Assembly (NCBI GenBank): GCA_002937585.1
Contig: PTKE01000002.1
Location: 912-64,911 of the forward strand
Length of the DNA: 64,000 bases
From: Alphaproteobacteria bacterium MarineAlpha9_Bin6
Lineage (GTDB): Bacteria; Pseudomonadota; Alphaproteobacteria; UBA7887
Reading direction: 5' to 3'
Shown: in pieces, positions 30,107 to 39,872 of the stretch
Numbering within the stretch: position 1 is the first letter of the stretch
Layout: every line of letters begins with the position of its first letter
Translations under genes and position numbers: made by a program
Notes under the pieces: generated by a model
Database searches by the model: none
What the model was told of the DNA's origin: nothing
The model's input: only the letters and a program-made list of their open reading frames with translations

Positions 30107-30490
30107 ATGGTCGAGCCCAGATCTTCATCAGTATCACTGTTTCGGTCAGGACTAGGTTGCAAATGCCCGCGTTGTGGACGTGGGCATTTGTTTTCCGGGT
30201 ACTTAATTGTGGCAGACAAGTGTGATCTTTGCGGGCTTAATTTTTAAGGCCAGGATGCCGGCGATGGTCCAGCGGTATTTATTATTCTGATATTGGGCTT
30301 TTTTGTTGTGGGGATGGCAGTTCTGTTTGAGGTCGTAGTTGCGCCGCCAATGTGGCTTCATGTTTTGTTGTGGTTCCCGGTTACGATTGGTGGTTCGATC
30401 TGGCTATTGCGACCATTTAAAGCGGTTATGATTGTGCTCCAGTACAAACACGGATTACTTGGTTCTTCCCGGGATAATGAATTGCCATGA
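30107..30490 (+). pseudogene. DUF983 family membrane protein interrupted by an in-frame TAA at 30245-30247
   Basis: MVEPRSSSVSLFRSGLGCKCPRCGRGHLFSGYLIVADKCDLCGLNF*GQDAGDGPAVFIILILG...LLRPFKAVMIVLQY; the same frame continues after the stop. Confidence 0.8.
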
Positions 30491-31227
30491 TTGAAGGAAA
30501 GGGCGACGGCGAGGTCTTTCCGCGTCGGGGCCGTTGGATGCCATTGTTTGTTGCCCCGACTTTTTGCGTTCTTTTGGGTCTTGGTGTTTGGCAGCTGGAT
30601 CGACTGTCTTGGAAGAACGAGCTACTTGCCGATATTCAAGCTCGGTTGTCAGATTCTGCGGTCACTTTGTCCAGTCTTAACGCCGGCACCGCTGTTACTT
30701 CCTGGAATTACCGTAGGGTGACGGCAACTGGTAAGTTACTTCATGAGCAAAGTGTGATCCTGCTTGCTCGTACATATAAGGCACAGGCTGGGGGCCATAT
30801 TCTTACCCCGCTGGTTTTGGATGAGCAGAGGGCAATCTTGGTCAGCCGCGGTTGGGTTCCGCAAGGTTATGAGCTTCCGAAGTTTTCCGATGAGTACTCG
30901 GTGACTATAGAAGGAATTATTCGGACGCCCCAAAACCAAGTCTGGTTTACGCCTGATAACAATCCTGCCGTTGGGCAATGGTATTGGGTTGATTTGTTGG
31001 CACTGTCGGTTGAGACCGGGGTTACTTTGTTGCCAGTGATAATTGAGGCCGGACTTGGTCCGGATCCTAGTGCTCTGCCAATCGGCGGACAGACACACGT
31101 CGATCTTCCCAATGATCACTTGCAATATGCCTTGACCTGGTTCGGTCTGGCGATGGTTCTGTTGGTGAGCTTTGTAGTCTATTACCGGCAATATTTAAGT
31201 GCGCGGAGGGGTAAAACCGAGTGGTAG
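30487..31227 (+). CDS. SURF1 family cytochrome oxidase assembly protein
   Basis: LG.WQL.R..WK, V.RGWVP, PDNNP....WY..D, NDHLQYALTWF. Confidence 0.93.
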   Translation: MIEGKGDGEVFPRRGRWMPLFVAPTFCVLLGLGVWQLDRLSWKNELLADIQARLSDSAVTLSSLNAGTAVTSWNYRRVTATGKLLHEQSVILLARTYKAQAGGHILTPLVLDEQRAILVSRGWVPQGYELPKFSDEYSVTIEGIIRTPQNQVWFTPDNNPAVGQWYWVDLLALSVETGVTLLPVIIEAGLGPDPSALPIGGQTHVDLPNDHLQYALTWFGLAMVLLVSFVVYYRQYLSARRGKTEW

Positions 31228-32159
31228 GGCATAAGTCTTTCGATATCCTTCGTTTTATCGCGTGTGTAGCGGCCCTCGCGATCATGCTTCAAATCGTGCT
31301 TGGCGCGTTGACGCGACTTACAGGGTCTGGCCTTGCCTGCCCTGATTGGCCGCTCTGCTACAGTTTGTGGTTTCCGACACCGACCAAGCTTGCGAGGTTG
31401 GGGATCGATTATAGTTTTGTCCAGGTGATGCTTGAATGGACGCATAGATTCAATGCGGCAGTTGTGGTTGCCCCGCTAGTTCTTGCGATGTGTGTGTTCG
31501 CTTGGCGCGAACGGAAGTTATTACCAGTGAATTGGAGAGTAAGCATCGCAGTATTAACAGTCCTGGTGCTCCAGGGCGGCGTTGGTAGGTTTACCGTGTT
31601 TGACCACAATAGTCCTTGGTCGGTAGCGGCCCATCTCGGTTTGGCGTCGATTTTACTGGCGCTGGTCCTCTCTTTAGTTCGGTTGAAGAGTGTGCCTTAT
31701 CACGACTGGAGGAGACGAGCGGCTTCCAACGGTTGCTGGTCTGTCGCAATGCTCGGTGGGCTCGTCCTGACTACTATGGTCTCTGGTGCGATTGTGGCGA
31801 AGAGCGGCGCAACACTCTCCTGTGGTGGATGGCCTTTGTGCGATGGTGGGTTGATGCCAGATTTGAGAGACAGTGGAATCGTATTGCATGTGGTGCATCG
31901 GTTGTTGGCGTTGATAATGGTTATTGGCCTGCTATGGGGAAGTTGGCGTTGGCGGCAGTTGCGTCACCTAGCCGCGTTGGCATTTGTGCAGGTTCTCTTG
32001 GGCGCTGCAGTGATTGCTATTTATTCCAAACACTCAGCAGGTTTTCAAGTTGCAATTGGTGCTGTTCATCAGATCGTCGCTATGATCATTTTTGCTGCCT
32101 TGGTATGGTCATTTTGGGCTCCGTCAGCAGTTTCAAGCGTCGCGCAGAAGAAATATTGA
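31221..32159 (+). CDS. ctaA: Heme A synthase CtaA/COX15, Cys-pair-containing type
   Basis: G..TRLTGSGLACPDWPLC, EWTHR, VAAHL, GATLSCGGWPLC, HVVHR, VHQ. Confidence 0.85.
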   Translation: MVGHKSFDILRFIACVAALAIMLQIVLGALTRLTGSGLACPDWPLCYSLWFPTPTKLARLGIDYSFVQVMLEWTHRFNAAVVVAPLVLAMCVFAWRERKLLPVNWRVSIAVLTVLVLQGGVGRFTVFDHNSPWSVAAHLGLASILLALVLSLVRLKSVPYHDWRRRAASNGCWSVAMLGGLVLTTMVSGAIVAKSGATLSCGGWPLCDGGLMPDLRDSGIVLHVVHRLLALIMVIGLLWGSWRWRQLRHLAALAFVQVLLGAAVIAIYSKHSAGFQVAIGAVHQIVAMIIFAALVWSFWAPSAVSSVAQKKY

Positions 32160-33652
32160 TGAAAGCATACAAGGAGCTCGAAGACCGCTTCCGGCGTCTC
32201 GCTCTGATCGACGAGGTTCGCGCGGTGCTTGGATGGGATTGGGCAACTATGATGCCGAAAGGCGGTGCTGGGTCGCGCGCCGAACAGCTTTCGGAACTGA
32301 GCCTTGTCGCGCACGAACTCATGTTAGACCCTCAACTGGAAGATCTTCTGAATGAAGCGGAGCTTTATATTGATAAGCTCGACGACTGGCATACGTCTAA
32401 TTTGTTGGAAATGCGACGCCTGTGGCTTCATAACTCTGCTTTGCCCGCGACTTTAGTGGAGGCGCTAAGCAAGGCGACTTCCGCGTGCGAGCTGTGCTGG
32501 CGGGACGCCAAATCAGAGGACGATTTTGTTGGGGTGCTGCCCAAATTTGCGGTGGTCGTACAGTTGGTGAGGGAAAAAGCGCAGGCAAAGGCGGATGCAC
32601 TTTCAGTAAACCCGTATGATGCACTTCTGGACCAGTACGAGCCGGGTGCTCGCGCCACACATATCGACCCTGTGTTTGACGATCTGATCGACTTCCTTCC
32701 CAGCTTGACGGATCGTGTAATTGAGCACCAACAAACATTTGAACCAGCACGCCCCTTTAAAGGTCCATTCCCTGTGGCTAATCAACGGGAATTAAGCAAA
32801 CGTCTGATGGGGGTTGTTGGGTTTCCTTTTGACCACGGTCGTTTAGACGAAAGCCACCACCCTTTCTCCGGCGGCACGCCCGAAGATTTGAGGATCACCA
32901 CGCGTTACGAAGAAGCCAACTTCACTTCGGCTTTGATGGCAGTTCTGCACGAGACTGGGCATGCCCTTTACGATTATGGTTTGCCGGAAGCCTGGCGACG
33001 TCAGCCCGTTGGCGAGGCACCTGGTATGAGCATCCACGAAAGTCAGTCATTGCTAATCGAGATGCAGGTGTGCCGCTCGCCCGAATTCATCCGGTCCATT
33101 ACTCCTATGATCCGTGATGCTTTTGGCACAGAGGATCCGGCTTTAACTGCGGACAACCTGTTGCGGCATTATCACTGCGTTGAAAGGAGTCTTATCCGGG
33201 TCGAAGCGGACGAGGTTACTTATCCGAGCCATGTAATTTTACGTTACCGTCTCGAAAAATTAATCATTTCTGGAGAATTGCCACCAGGCGAGCTTCCCGG
33301 AGCTTGGCGCGAGGGGATGCGTGAGTTTGTGGGTGTTGAACCATCGGATGATCGCGATGGGTGCCTTCAGGACATTCATTGGTATGGAGGAGATTTCGGA
33401 TATTTCCCAACCTATATGTTAGGAGCATTGAGCGCTGCGCAACTGTTCGAGGCCGCCAAACGTGATGACCCGAAAATATTACCTAGCATTGCGTCCCGCG
33501 ACTTTGGCCCACTGTATGCCTGGCTGCGTCCCAATGTGCATTCTCTTGGACGACTGTTTCCTGCACCTGCGTTGATAAATCGAGCAACCGGAAACAAGCT
33601 TAGTACCGCGGCATTTAAAGCCCATTTGAACGCACGATATTTGGGATGCTAA
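32159..33652 (+). CDS. Carboxypeptidase M32 (Taq family)
   Basis: HPF, ITTRY, HETGHALY, HESQSL, IRVEADE.TY..H, GCLQDIHW, YFPTY; ATG 32159 overlaps the ctaA TGA. Confidence 0.95.
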   Translation: MKAYKELEDRFRRLALIDEVRAVLGWDWATMMPKGGAGSRAEQLSELSLVAHELMLDPQLEDLLNEAELYIDKLDDWHTSNLLEMRRLWLHNSALPATLVEALSKATSACELCWRDAKSEDDFVGVLPKFAVVVQLVREKAQAKADALSVNPYDALLDQYEPGARATHIDPVFDDLIDFLPSLTDRVIEHQQTFEPARPFKGPFPVANQRELSKRLMGVVGFPFDHGRLDESHHPFSGGTPEDLRITTRYEEANFTSALMAVLHETGHALYDYGLPEAWRRQPVGEAPGMSIHESQSLLIEMQVCRSPEFIRSITPMIRDAFGTEDPALTADNLLRHYHCVERSLIRVEADEVTYPSHVILRYRLEKLIISGELPPGELPGAWREGMREFVGVEPSDDRDGCLQDIHWYGGDFGYFPTYMLGALSAAQLFEAAKRDDPKILPSIASRDFGPLYAWLRPNVHSLGRLFPAPALINRATGNKLSTAAFKAHLNARYLGC

Positions 33653-33669
33653 TTTTCCGGAAAGTTGTT

Positions 33670-34251
33670 TTAGGCTTGCAGCTTGTAAAGAAGGTTCGCA
33701 AGCTTGGCTCCTAACTTGATTGTTTCCTGATGCTTCGCCTTGTCCGCGAGATCACCGTCATTATTGAATGCGTTCTGTGCTGTGGGCAGTGTAACTTGGT
33801 CTGGAAGTACAAGAACTTGAATATTACTTAAGACTTGTCGGAGTTGGACCAAACCCCGGAGGCCACCGAGAATTCCGGGAGATGCACTCATCAGTGCGGC
33901 CGTTTTTCCTGCAAACGCTATTAACCTTGTTTCGTTCGGAACGGGGCGCGATGTCCAATCAATGGCGTTTTTGAGTAACGGCGAATATCCACTGTTGTAT
34001 TCCGGAGACGCGATCAGAAAACCATCGTTGTCCACCATTAACGCCTTTAGCATTTTGGCATTATTTGGCTGTCCTTCCGCTGCTTCCATATCACCATCGT
34101 AAATTGGCATAGGGTAATCGGCGAGATCTATTTCCGTTACCACTGCCCCCGCGGCACGTGCACCTTCGGCGGCAACGCGGATCAATTTTTTATTCCAAGA
34201 GTCATTTCGTGCGCTGCCGGCAAAGGCAAGAATAGTGGTTTTCTTGGGCAT
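33670..34251 (-). CDS. NAD(P)H-dependent FMN reductase (ChrR/SsuE-like flavoprotein)
   Basis: GSAR..S.N, SPEYN.G..P.LKNAIDW.SR, SASPG..GG.R. Confidence 0.9.
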   Translation of the reverse strand: MPKKTTILAFAGSARNDSWNKKLIRVAAEGARAAGAVVTEIDLADYPMPIYDGDMEAAEGQPNNAKMLKALMVDNDGFLIASPEYNSGYSPLLKNAIDWTSRPVPNETRLIAFAGKTAALMSASPGILGGLRGLVQLRQVLSNIQVLVLPDQVTLPTAQNAFNNDGDLADKAKHQETIKLGAKLANLLYKLQA

Positions 34252-34295
34252 GTATGGGGTCCCATTTGGTAGAGACTTTGTCTCAGGTTACCGGA

Positions 34296-35306
34296 CTAGT
34301 TTGTGGTAGGAGGATCCGCGAACAAGAGCCCAAGAGTTTTTTTGATAGTCCGTACCTCGGCATTGTCGAGTACACCGAGTTCAGCCATTTCACGATGGCA
34401 ACTAGGTAGGTTGTAGTGTGGGATTGCCGGATAGATATGGTGTTCGAGATGATAGTTCACATGATGTGGAAACAGTAGCCACTGGAGCCATATTGGAGAC
34501 AGATTTGTTCGTGCCGCGCCAAGGGGAGATGTAAAGTCAATAACCGCACCATGTTCGCAAACTGCGCGCAAGCGCAACAGCGCGGGCACAATGGTCGCTA
34601 ATGGTAACACCCACAGCAGCAGATATTCTAAGCCATGGCCGATGGCAAGCGCTGCTGCTAGCGCTGTTAGATGAAATCCTGCAACCAGGTAGCGGTCGTG
34701 CCGAGCCGACTGGCGAAGGCGTGACGAAGTATCATCAAGTGGTCGTGAAGATTGGTTGCTTGTAGTGTTGATTGATGGTGCACCAAAAAAATACGCATAG
34801 GTTTTCCATGCGGTAAATCCGCACAAATCGCGAAGCAGTTTTTTTGCTAGGTAGGTGCGCCCGCGAGGATAGCCGCCATGCAGTGGAATATCGGGATCCT
34901 GGTCTTGATATAGGTGATTATGGTGAAGGCGGTGAATGACCCTATAGCTGCACATCGATACGCCGCTGACCATCCCGCACATTCTCCCAATCAGGTCATT
35001 AAGCCAGCGAGGTTTGAAGAGACGGTAATGGGTGGCGTCGTGGGCAAGTACGATGAGTGCATGCTGTCGGGTTCCTATAATTATTATCGCAATTACTACG
35101 AATATAGGGTTCCATACCAAAAGAGCGATTGCGATTGTACCGATTAGCGTACTCATCGTTCCGACGACAGCTGCAACAGCGCGCCACGTGTCAATTTGGC
35201 TTAGTTCTCTATGCCGTTCGGGAGGTAACTGATTGACCTTTGCCGCAACGGGCGAACGCAGATCGTCAATAAATTCCTCCCCGTGAATAGGCCCGTTGGC
35301 GGCCAT
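34296..35306 (-). CDS. Membrane di-iron fatty-acid desaturase-family protein
   Basis: His boxes HDATH, HRLHH and HLEHH, plus an EH motif. Confidence 0.85.
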   Translation of the reverse strand: MAANGPIHGEEFIDDLRSPVAAKVNQLPPERHRELSQIDTWRAVAAVVGTMSTLIGTIAIALLVWNPIFVVIAIIIIGTRQHALIVLAHDATHYRLFKPRWLNDLIGRMCGMVSGVSMCSYRVIHRLHHNHLYQDQDPDIPLHGGYPRGRTYLAKKLLRDLCGFTAWKTYAYFFGAPSINTTSNQSSRPLDDTSSRLRQSARHDRYLVAGFHLTALAAALAIGHGLEYLLLWVLPLATIVPALLRLRAVCEHGAVIDFTSPLGAARTNLSPIWLQWLLFPHHVNYHLEHHIYPAIPHYNLPSCHREMAELGVLDNAEVRTIKKTLGLLFADPPTTN

Positions 35307-35383
35307 TGCATATCTCTTAATGTAGGCTCAAGTCGGCTGAGAGATGCCACACTGCGGACATTGTCCAACTCGTATCCGATTTC

Positions 35384-35683
35384 CTAGGTGTCTTCTGAGT
35401 GAGGTAGGGGTGAAAAGGGAAATGGCACCTCATCCCGCGTGTAGCTCAGAAAACCGAGAATTTCTCCAAAATAGGCGTTTAGTCGCGTTGTAAACTGGCG
35501 GAGGTGCTCGTTCTCGGTATTATTAATGATGACCAGTAAGAACTGCACAAGTGCGAGGAAAAACACGAACCACAAAATAACATAGGCGATAATCGCGAAC
35601 AAAATCATGTAAAGAGCGCGTTGCCAGGATGGTGGATCAATCGTGATCATAGTGGGTATTGTTTTTCGCCGTTTGCTTGCCAA
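35384..35683 (-). CDS. DUF4389-like small membrane protein
   Basis: W.R.LYMILF, VQF......N..LR.F...L..Y, FL.Y..DE.PFPFS; AAGGAG RBS before the TTG start. Confidence 0.75.
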   Translation of the reverse strand: MASKRRKTIPTMITIDPPSWQRALYMILFAIIAYVILWFVFFLALVQFLLVIINNTENEHLRQFTTRLNAYFGEILGFLSYTRDEVPFPFSPLPHSEDT

Positions 35684-35873
35684 GGTGTGCTCTCCTTAAT
35701 CACCGGCACCTGCTGCCATCATGACCCGTATACGGTTAGCATGGCAAGGTAGCTTTGTAGGAAGAATTATGAAGCATGACATCATATCCAAAGGGGCATC
35801 CTGATCTTTTCCTCGTCTTTATAATTGCCAAGGCATCTCTCTTCCTTGTTCCTCGTTGGCTCGAACATGTATT

Positions 35874-36374
35874 TTAACCACGGCCCTGTCGCAATCCCAT
35901 GTGTCTACTTAAACCAGGAGGTCGTTCCAGCGTTTTATGCGCAGTTTTAAATAGTGCCAGGCGTTCCAGTGCAGTTGGAGGCATGGACAAGGCCCGATGC
36001 TTCGAACGGCTAACATGCAGACTCAAAAGCTCATTGGTTGCTGCTAGATAGTCCTCCGCATCGTGATACATTGCGTGAGCATAATGTATGCGCTTTTCGT
36101 CAAAGTCGAACACATAGGTCTCGAAGCGGAGTAGGTCGTTCTCTCCAACCTCGGCCAAATAGCTGATATGGGCCTCGAGCGAGAATGTGGTTCCATCGCT
36201 AGTTCGGGCATATTCGGCACCCAGCCCAATATAATCAAATAATGCATCTGTGGCGTGGTCGAACGCTAAAAGATAGTAGGCCATGTTGAGATGCCCATTA
36301 TAGTCTATCCATTCTGTACGCACCGTCTCTCGGTGCAAGGAAAATGGTGCTGGTACTGGACGATCTATAGTCAT
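35874..36374 (-). CDS. 4HBT-type acyl-CoA thioesterase (hot-dog fold)
   Basis: V..EWIDYNGHLN.AYY...FD.A.D, F.LE.HI.Y..E, D.KR.H. Confidence 0.82.
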   Translation of the reverse strand: MTIDRPVPAPFSLHRETVRTEWIDYNGHLNMAYYLLAFDHATDALFDYIGLGAEYARTSDGTTFSLEAHISYLAEVGENDLLRFETYVFDFDEKRIHYAHAMYHDAEDYLAATNELLSLHVSRSKHRALSMPPTALERLALFKTAHKTLERPPGLSRHMGLRQGRG

Positions 36375-36708
36375 TAAGGTCAAAGCCGTACGAACCTATC
36401 GTTGTTTTAAATCGAGATTCCAAACAAACACGGTCACTCAATGAACTTTCTTAATAGTCTGCGTTACGCTAGCTTTCGACGAATATCAAGAGCTGGATTT
36501 CTGTAGGGACCAAGTTTGCATAGCCCTACTATGTTGAGCTAGCCAAACACAGATTGGCACCCAAAAGTCTCCCGGAGTGGCAATGTACGCATAGACAAAC
36601 ACTAACTCGCAAAATCGGGGTGCGGTTTGCACACAGAATTCGGCGCGCGTCTGAATTAGGATATAAGACAAGGGATCATATGGTGGTCGACCAGAGAGGG
36701 TTACGGTA

Positions 36709-38115
36709 ATGAGGTCTTCAACGGCAGAAAAACGCGAACGGTTTGACCCTTCTAGTGCATTAATCAACGATCTGATGGAGGAGTTTGGCGAGAGCGTGAC
36801 CACGTCAGTTTCGGTCTGCGAACGGCATGGTACGGATGAGTCCTTCCACTTACCTCACAGTCCTGACGTAGTGGTTTTCGTACGCAGCACCGAACAAGTG
36901 AGCAAGATCGTCAAACTTTGTGCCAAATATCAAGCCCCAGTTATTGCTTATGGCACTGGCACATCACTTGAAGGGCATGTGGCAGCACTTTATGGCGGCG
37001 TATGCGTAGACCTTAGCCAAATGAAAACGGTGGTTGAGGTCAATCAAGAAGATCTCGATTGTACTGTGCAGGCAGGGGTGACCCGAAAGCAGCTCAATGA
37101 GTATTTAAGAGATACAGGACTTTTCTTTGCTGTTGACCCGGGGGCTGATGCTTCTATTGGCGGCATGGCTGCGACCCGTGCTAGTGGAACCAACGCGGTA
37201 CGTTACGGCACGATGCGCGAAACGGTCATGTCATTGAAGGTGGTTTTGCCTGATGGCCGCGTCATCCAGACTGCACGCCGCAGCCGAAAGTCAGCAGCAG
37301 GCTATGACCTTACCCGTTTGTTCGTGGGTTCTGAAGGGACGCTTGGAATTATTACTGAGATAACTCTTAGGTTATTTGGGATACCAGAAGCTATCGCGTC
37401 GGCGGTTTGCTCATTTCCCACCGTAGAGGAGGCGGTAAACTCGGTTATCCTGGCCATCCAATCCGGTATTCCGGTGGCGCGTATCGAATTACTCGATGAC
37501 ATAACCATGGGTGCAATTAACAATTTTTCAAAGACCAACTATCCGGTCGCACAAACCCTTTTCTACGAATTTCATGGCTCGAAGGCAGGGGTTGCGGAGC
37601 AATCCCGTCAAGCCCAGGAAATCGCTGCAGAGTTTGGTGGTAGCAACTTTCAATGGGAGACTCTTCCGGAAGACCGCAATCGTTTATGGCAGGCTCGCCA
37701 TGATGCACTTTATGCAATGAACGCGTTACGACCCGGTTCGAAGCCGATGGTAACGGACGTATGTGTTCCAATATCCCGTCTCGCGGAGTGCATACGCGAA
37801 ACAAAGACAGATCTGGATGGATCATCGATTATGGCTCCAATTGCAGGGCATGTTGGGGATGGGAATTTCCACGTTGCTTATCTCCTTGATCCAAATGACA
37901 ATAAGGAAATTAAGGAGGCTGGTGACATGCATGATCGGCTCGTAATGCGTGCGCTGGCCATGAACGGCACCTGTACGGGAGAACACGGTATTGGTTATGG
38001 CAAGATAAATTTCCTTAATGCCGAACTCGGTGAAGGGGTGAGCGTCATGCGGGAGATAAAACGGGCTCTAGATCCGGATAACATTATGAATCCGGGCAAG
38101 ATCGTACAAATTTAG
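36709..38115 (+). CDS. FAD-linked oxidase, D-lactate dehydrogenase (Dld/GlcD)-like
   Basis: G.GTSLEGH, DPGADASIGGM, ASGT.AVRYGTM, GSEGTLG, GHVGDGNFH, GEHGIG, DP.NIMNPGK. Confidence 0.9.
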   Translation: MRSSTAEKRERFDPSSALINDLMEEFGESVTTSVSVCERHGTDESFHLPHSPDVVVFVRSTEQVSKIVKLCAKYQAPVIAYGTGTSLEGHVAALYGGVCVDLSQMKTVVEVNQEDLDCTVQAGVTRKQLNEYLRDTGLFFAVDPGADASIGGMAATRASGTNAVRYGTMRETVMSLKVVLPDGRVIQTARRSRKSAAGYDLTRLFVGSEGTLGIITEITLRLFGIPEAIASAVCSFPTVEEAVNSVILAIQSGIPVARIELLDDITMGAINNFSKTNYPVAQTLFYEFHGSKAGVAEQSRQAQEIAAEFGGSNFQWETLPEDRNRLWQARHDALYAMNALRPGSKPMVTDVCVPISRLAECIRETKTDLDGSSIMAPIAGHVGDGNFHVAYLLDPNDNKEIKEAGDMHDRLVMRALAMNGTCTGEHGIGYGKINFLNAELGEGVSVMREIKRALDPDNIMNPGKIVQI

Positions 38116-38170
38116 AAATTGGCTATAGAGTTCTGATTAGTTTGCTCTGAAATTTAAAGCAATTTAAAAA

Positions 38171-39685
38171 ATGGCCAATTTCTCACAGGTCATCGCAGCT
38201 GACGACGCCGCGCCTTTTGACTTTAAAAATACATATGCTGGTCTCCCAGAAAGGTTTTTTGTACGACTTAACCCAACCCCTGTTCGGTCTCCCCAGCTCA
38301 TCAGGCTAAATAACGGCCTAGCGAAACATTTAGGAATTGATCCCAATCAGCTACAAACGATGCAGGGAGTAGAGATCCTCTCAGGTAACAGGATTCCTGC
38401 GGGTGCTGAGCCGCTTGCTATGGCATATGCGGGTCACCAGTTTGGTAGTTGGGTACCCCAACTTGGGGATGGCCGGGCAATTCTCCTTGGGGAAGTAATC
38501 GGGCAGGATGGTGTTCGCCGAGATATCCAGCTTAAGGGAGCTGGCCGCACACCTTTCTCGAGAATGGGGGATGGGCGGGCAGTTCTTGGTCCGGTGCTGA
38601 GGGAATATATTGTTAGCGAAGCAATGTATTCTCTTGGTGTGCCGACCACGCGTGCTCTTGCGGCGGTTACCACGGGTGAGAAAGTAATGCGCGAGAGACC
38701 TTTTCCGGGCGCAATTTTTGCCCGGGTGGCGCAGAGCCATGTGAGGGTTGGTACGTTCCAATTTTTTGCTGCGCGCAAGGACACAGAGGCCGTACGTTTT
38801 TTGGCCGACTATGTGATTGCGCGGCATTTTCCGGACACTGAGTCAGGATCACAGCCGTATCTCGGTTTGCTAAGAGCAGTGGTTAGTCAGCAGGCGAAGT
38901 TAGTAGCACGTTGGCAGTTGGTCGGTTTTATCCATGGGGTAATGAATACGGACAATACTTCTATTGTCGGTGAGACCATCGACTATGGGCCCTGCGCTTT
39001 CATGGATTCTTACCATCCGGAAACGGTTTACAGCTCGATTGATCAAACTGGTCGATATGCGTACAGCAACCAACCAGGGATTGCATACTGGAACCTCGGA
39101 TGCTTCGCACAAACATTGCTGCCATTGTTTGACAAGGATGTTGACATGGCCGTTTCACAGGCTGAAGAAATCATAGGTGCTTATCCAAGCCTGTTTGAAA
39201 AAGCTTATCTCTCGGGCCTACGGTCCAAGATAGGTCTTTTAAAAGAGAATGAGGAGGACCAGGAGCTCGCCCAGGATTTGCTGGATCGCATGACGAAAAA
39301 TGAGGCAGATTATACTCTTACATTCCGCAGACTTTGTGATTTGGTTGGTTCCCGTCCAGAGGCAGATGAACCCGTTCGAAGTTTATTTAAAAATCCGGCT
39401 GATTTCGATGACTGGGTATTGCGCTGGAGAAAAAGGGTTGCAAAGGAAGAAGTCAACGATGTTCGGCGCCAAGAGGCTATGCGGGGGGTCAATCCTGCGT
39501 ACATTCCTCGCAACCATCTTGTGGAGGAGGCTATAAACGCGGCGATCAATGAAGAAGATTTTTCTCAATTTGACAAACTGATCACGGTGCTGTCATCGCC
39601 GTATGACGACCAACCTGATTTCGCGAAATATGCTGCACCACCTCGCCCGGATCAGGTCATCTGTGCGACTTACTGTGGTACTTAA
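38171..39685 (+). CDS. selO: Protein adenylyltransferase SelO (YdiU family)
   Basis: YAGHQFG, LGDGRA, QLKG.G.TPFSR.GDGRA, HGVMNTDN, IDYGP, C-terminal TYCGT. Confidence 0.95.
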   Translation: MANFSQVIAADDAAPFDFKNTYAGLPERFFVRLNPTPVRSPQLIRLNNGLAKHLGIDPNQLQTMQGVEILSGNRIPAGAEPLAMAYAGHQFGSWVPQLGDGRAILLGEVIGQDGVRRDIQLKGAGRTPFSRMGDGRAVLGPVLREYIVSEAMYSLGVPTTRALAAVTTGEKVMRERPFPGAIFARVAQSHVRVGTFQFFAARKDTEAVRFLADYVIARHFPDTESGSQPYLGLLRAVVSQQAKLVARWQLVGFIHGVMNTDNTSIVGETIDYGPCAFMDSYHPETVYSSIDQTGRYAYSNQPGIAYWNLGCFAQTLLPLFDKDVDMAVSQAEEIIGAYPSLFEKAYLSGLRSKIGLLKENEEDQELAQDLLDRMTKNEADYTLTFRRLCDLVGSRPEADEPVRSLFKNPADFDDWVLRWRKRVAKEEVNDVRRQEAMRGVNPAYIPRNHLVEEAINAAINEEDFSQFDKLITVLSSPYDDQPDFAKYAAPPRPDQVICATYCGT

Positions 39686-39872
39686 TAGGCACGAATACGG
39701 TTAGGAATACTCACGATTTACGGTGAATTTTGGGTGCCAAATACTAGGCATCTCAAAATATTTATAAAGACGTAACAACTCATCTCTGTGGTTCACGCGC
39801 GCTAATAATTTTGAGATATAGTGGTCGGAATTTGATATTGGGACCGTCCCCGAGTTTCGGTTTTGGTTAAGA

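Noticed and set aside
30245..30247. Selenocysteine/pyrrolysine recoding or an alternative genetic code
   Set aside because: The codon is TAA, not TGA or TAG, and TAA ends many intact genes in this window
31616..32158. 181-aa N-terminal extension of the M32 peptidase (similar extensions on tldD 17093-17293 and hmfD 22313-22405)
   Set aside because: These are alternative frames over neighbouring real genes; family homology begins at ATG 32159, 17092 and 22406
35714..35747. Palindrome around CCGTATACGG upstream of the DUF4389 gene, and other 8-9 bp inverted repeats (41884-41935, 53913-53960)
   Set aside because: Isolated short repeats with no U-tract, second copy or supporting context; compatible with chance
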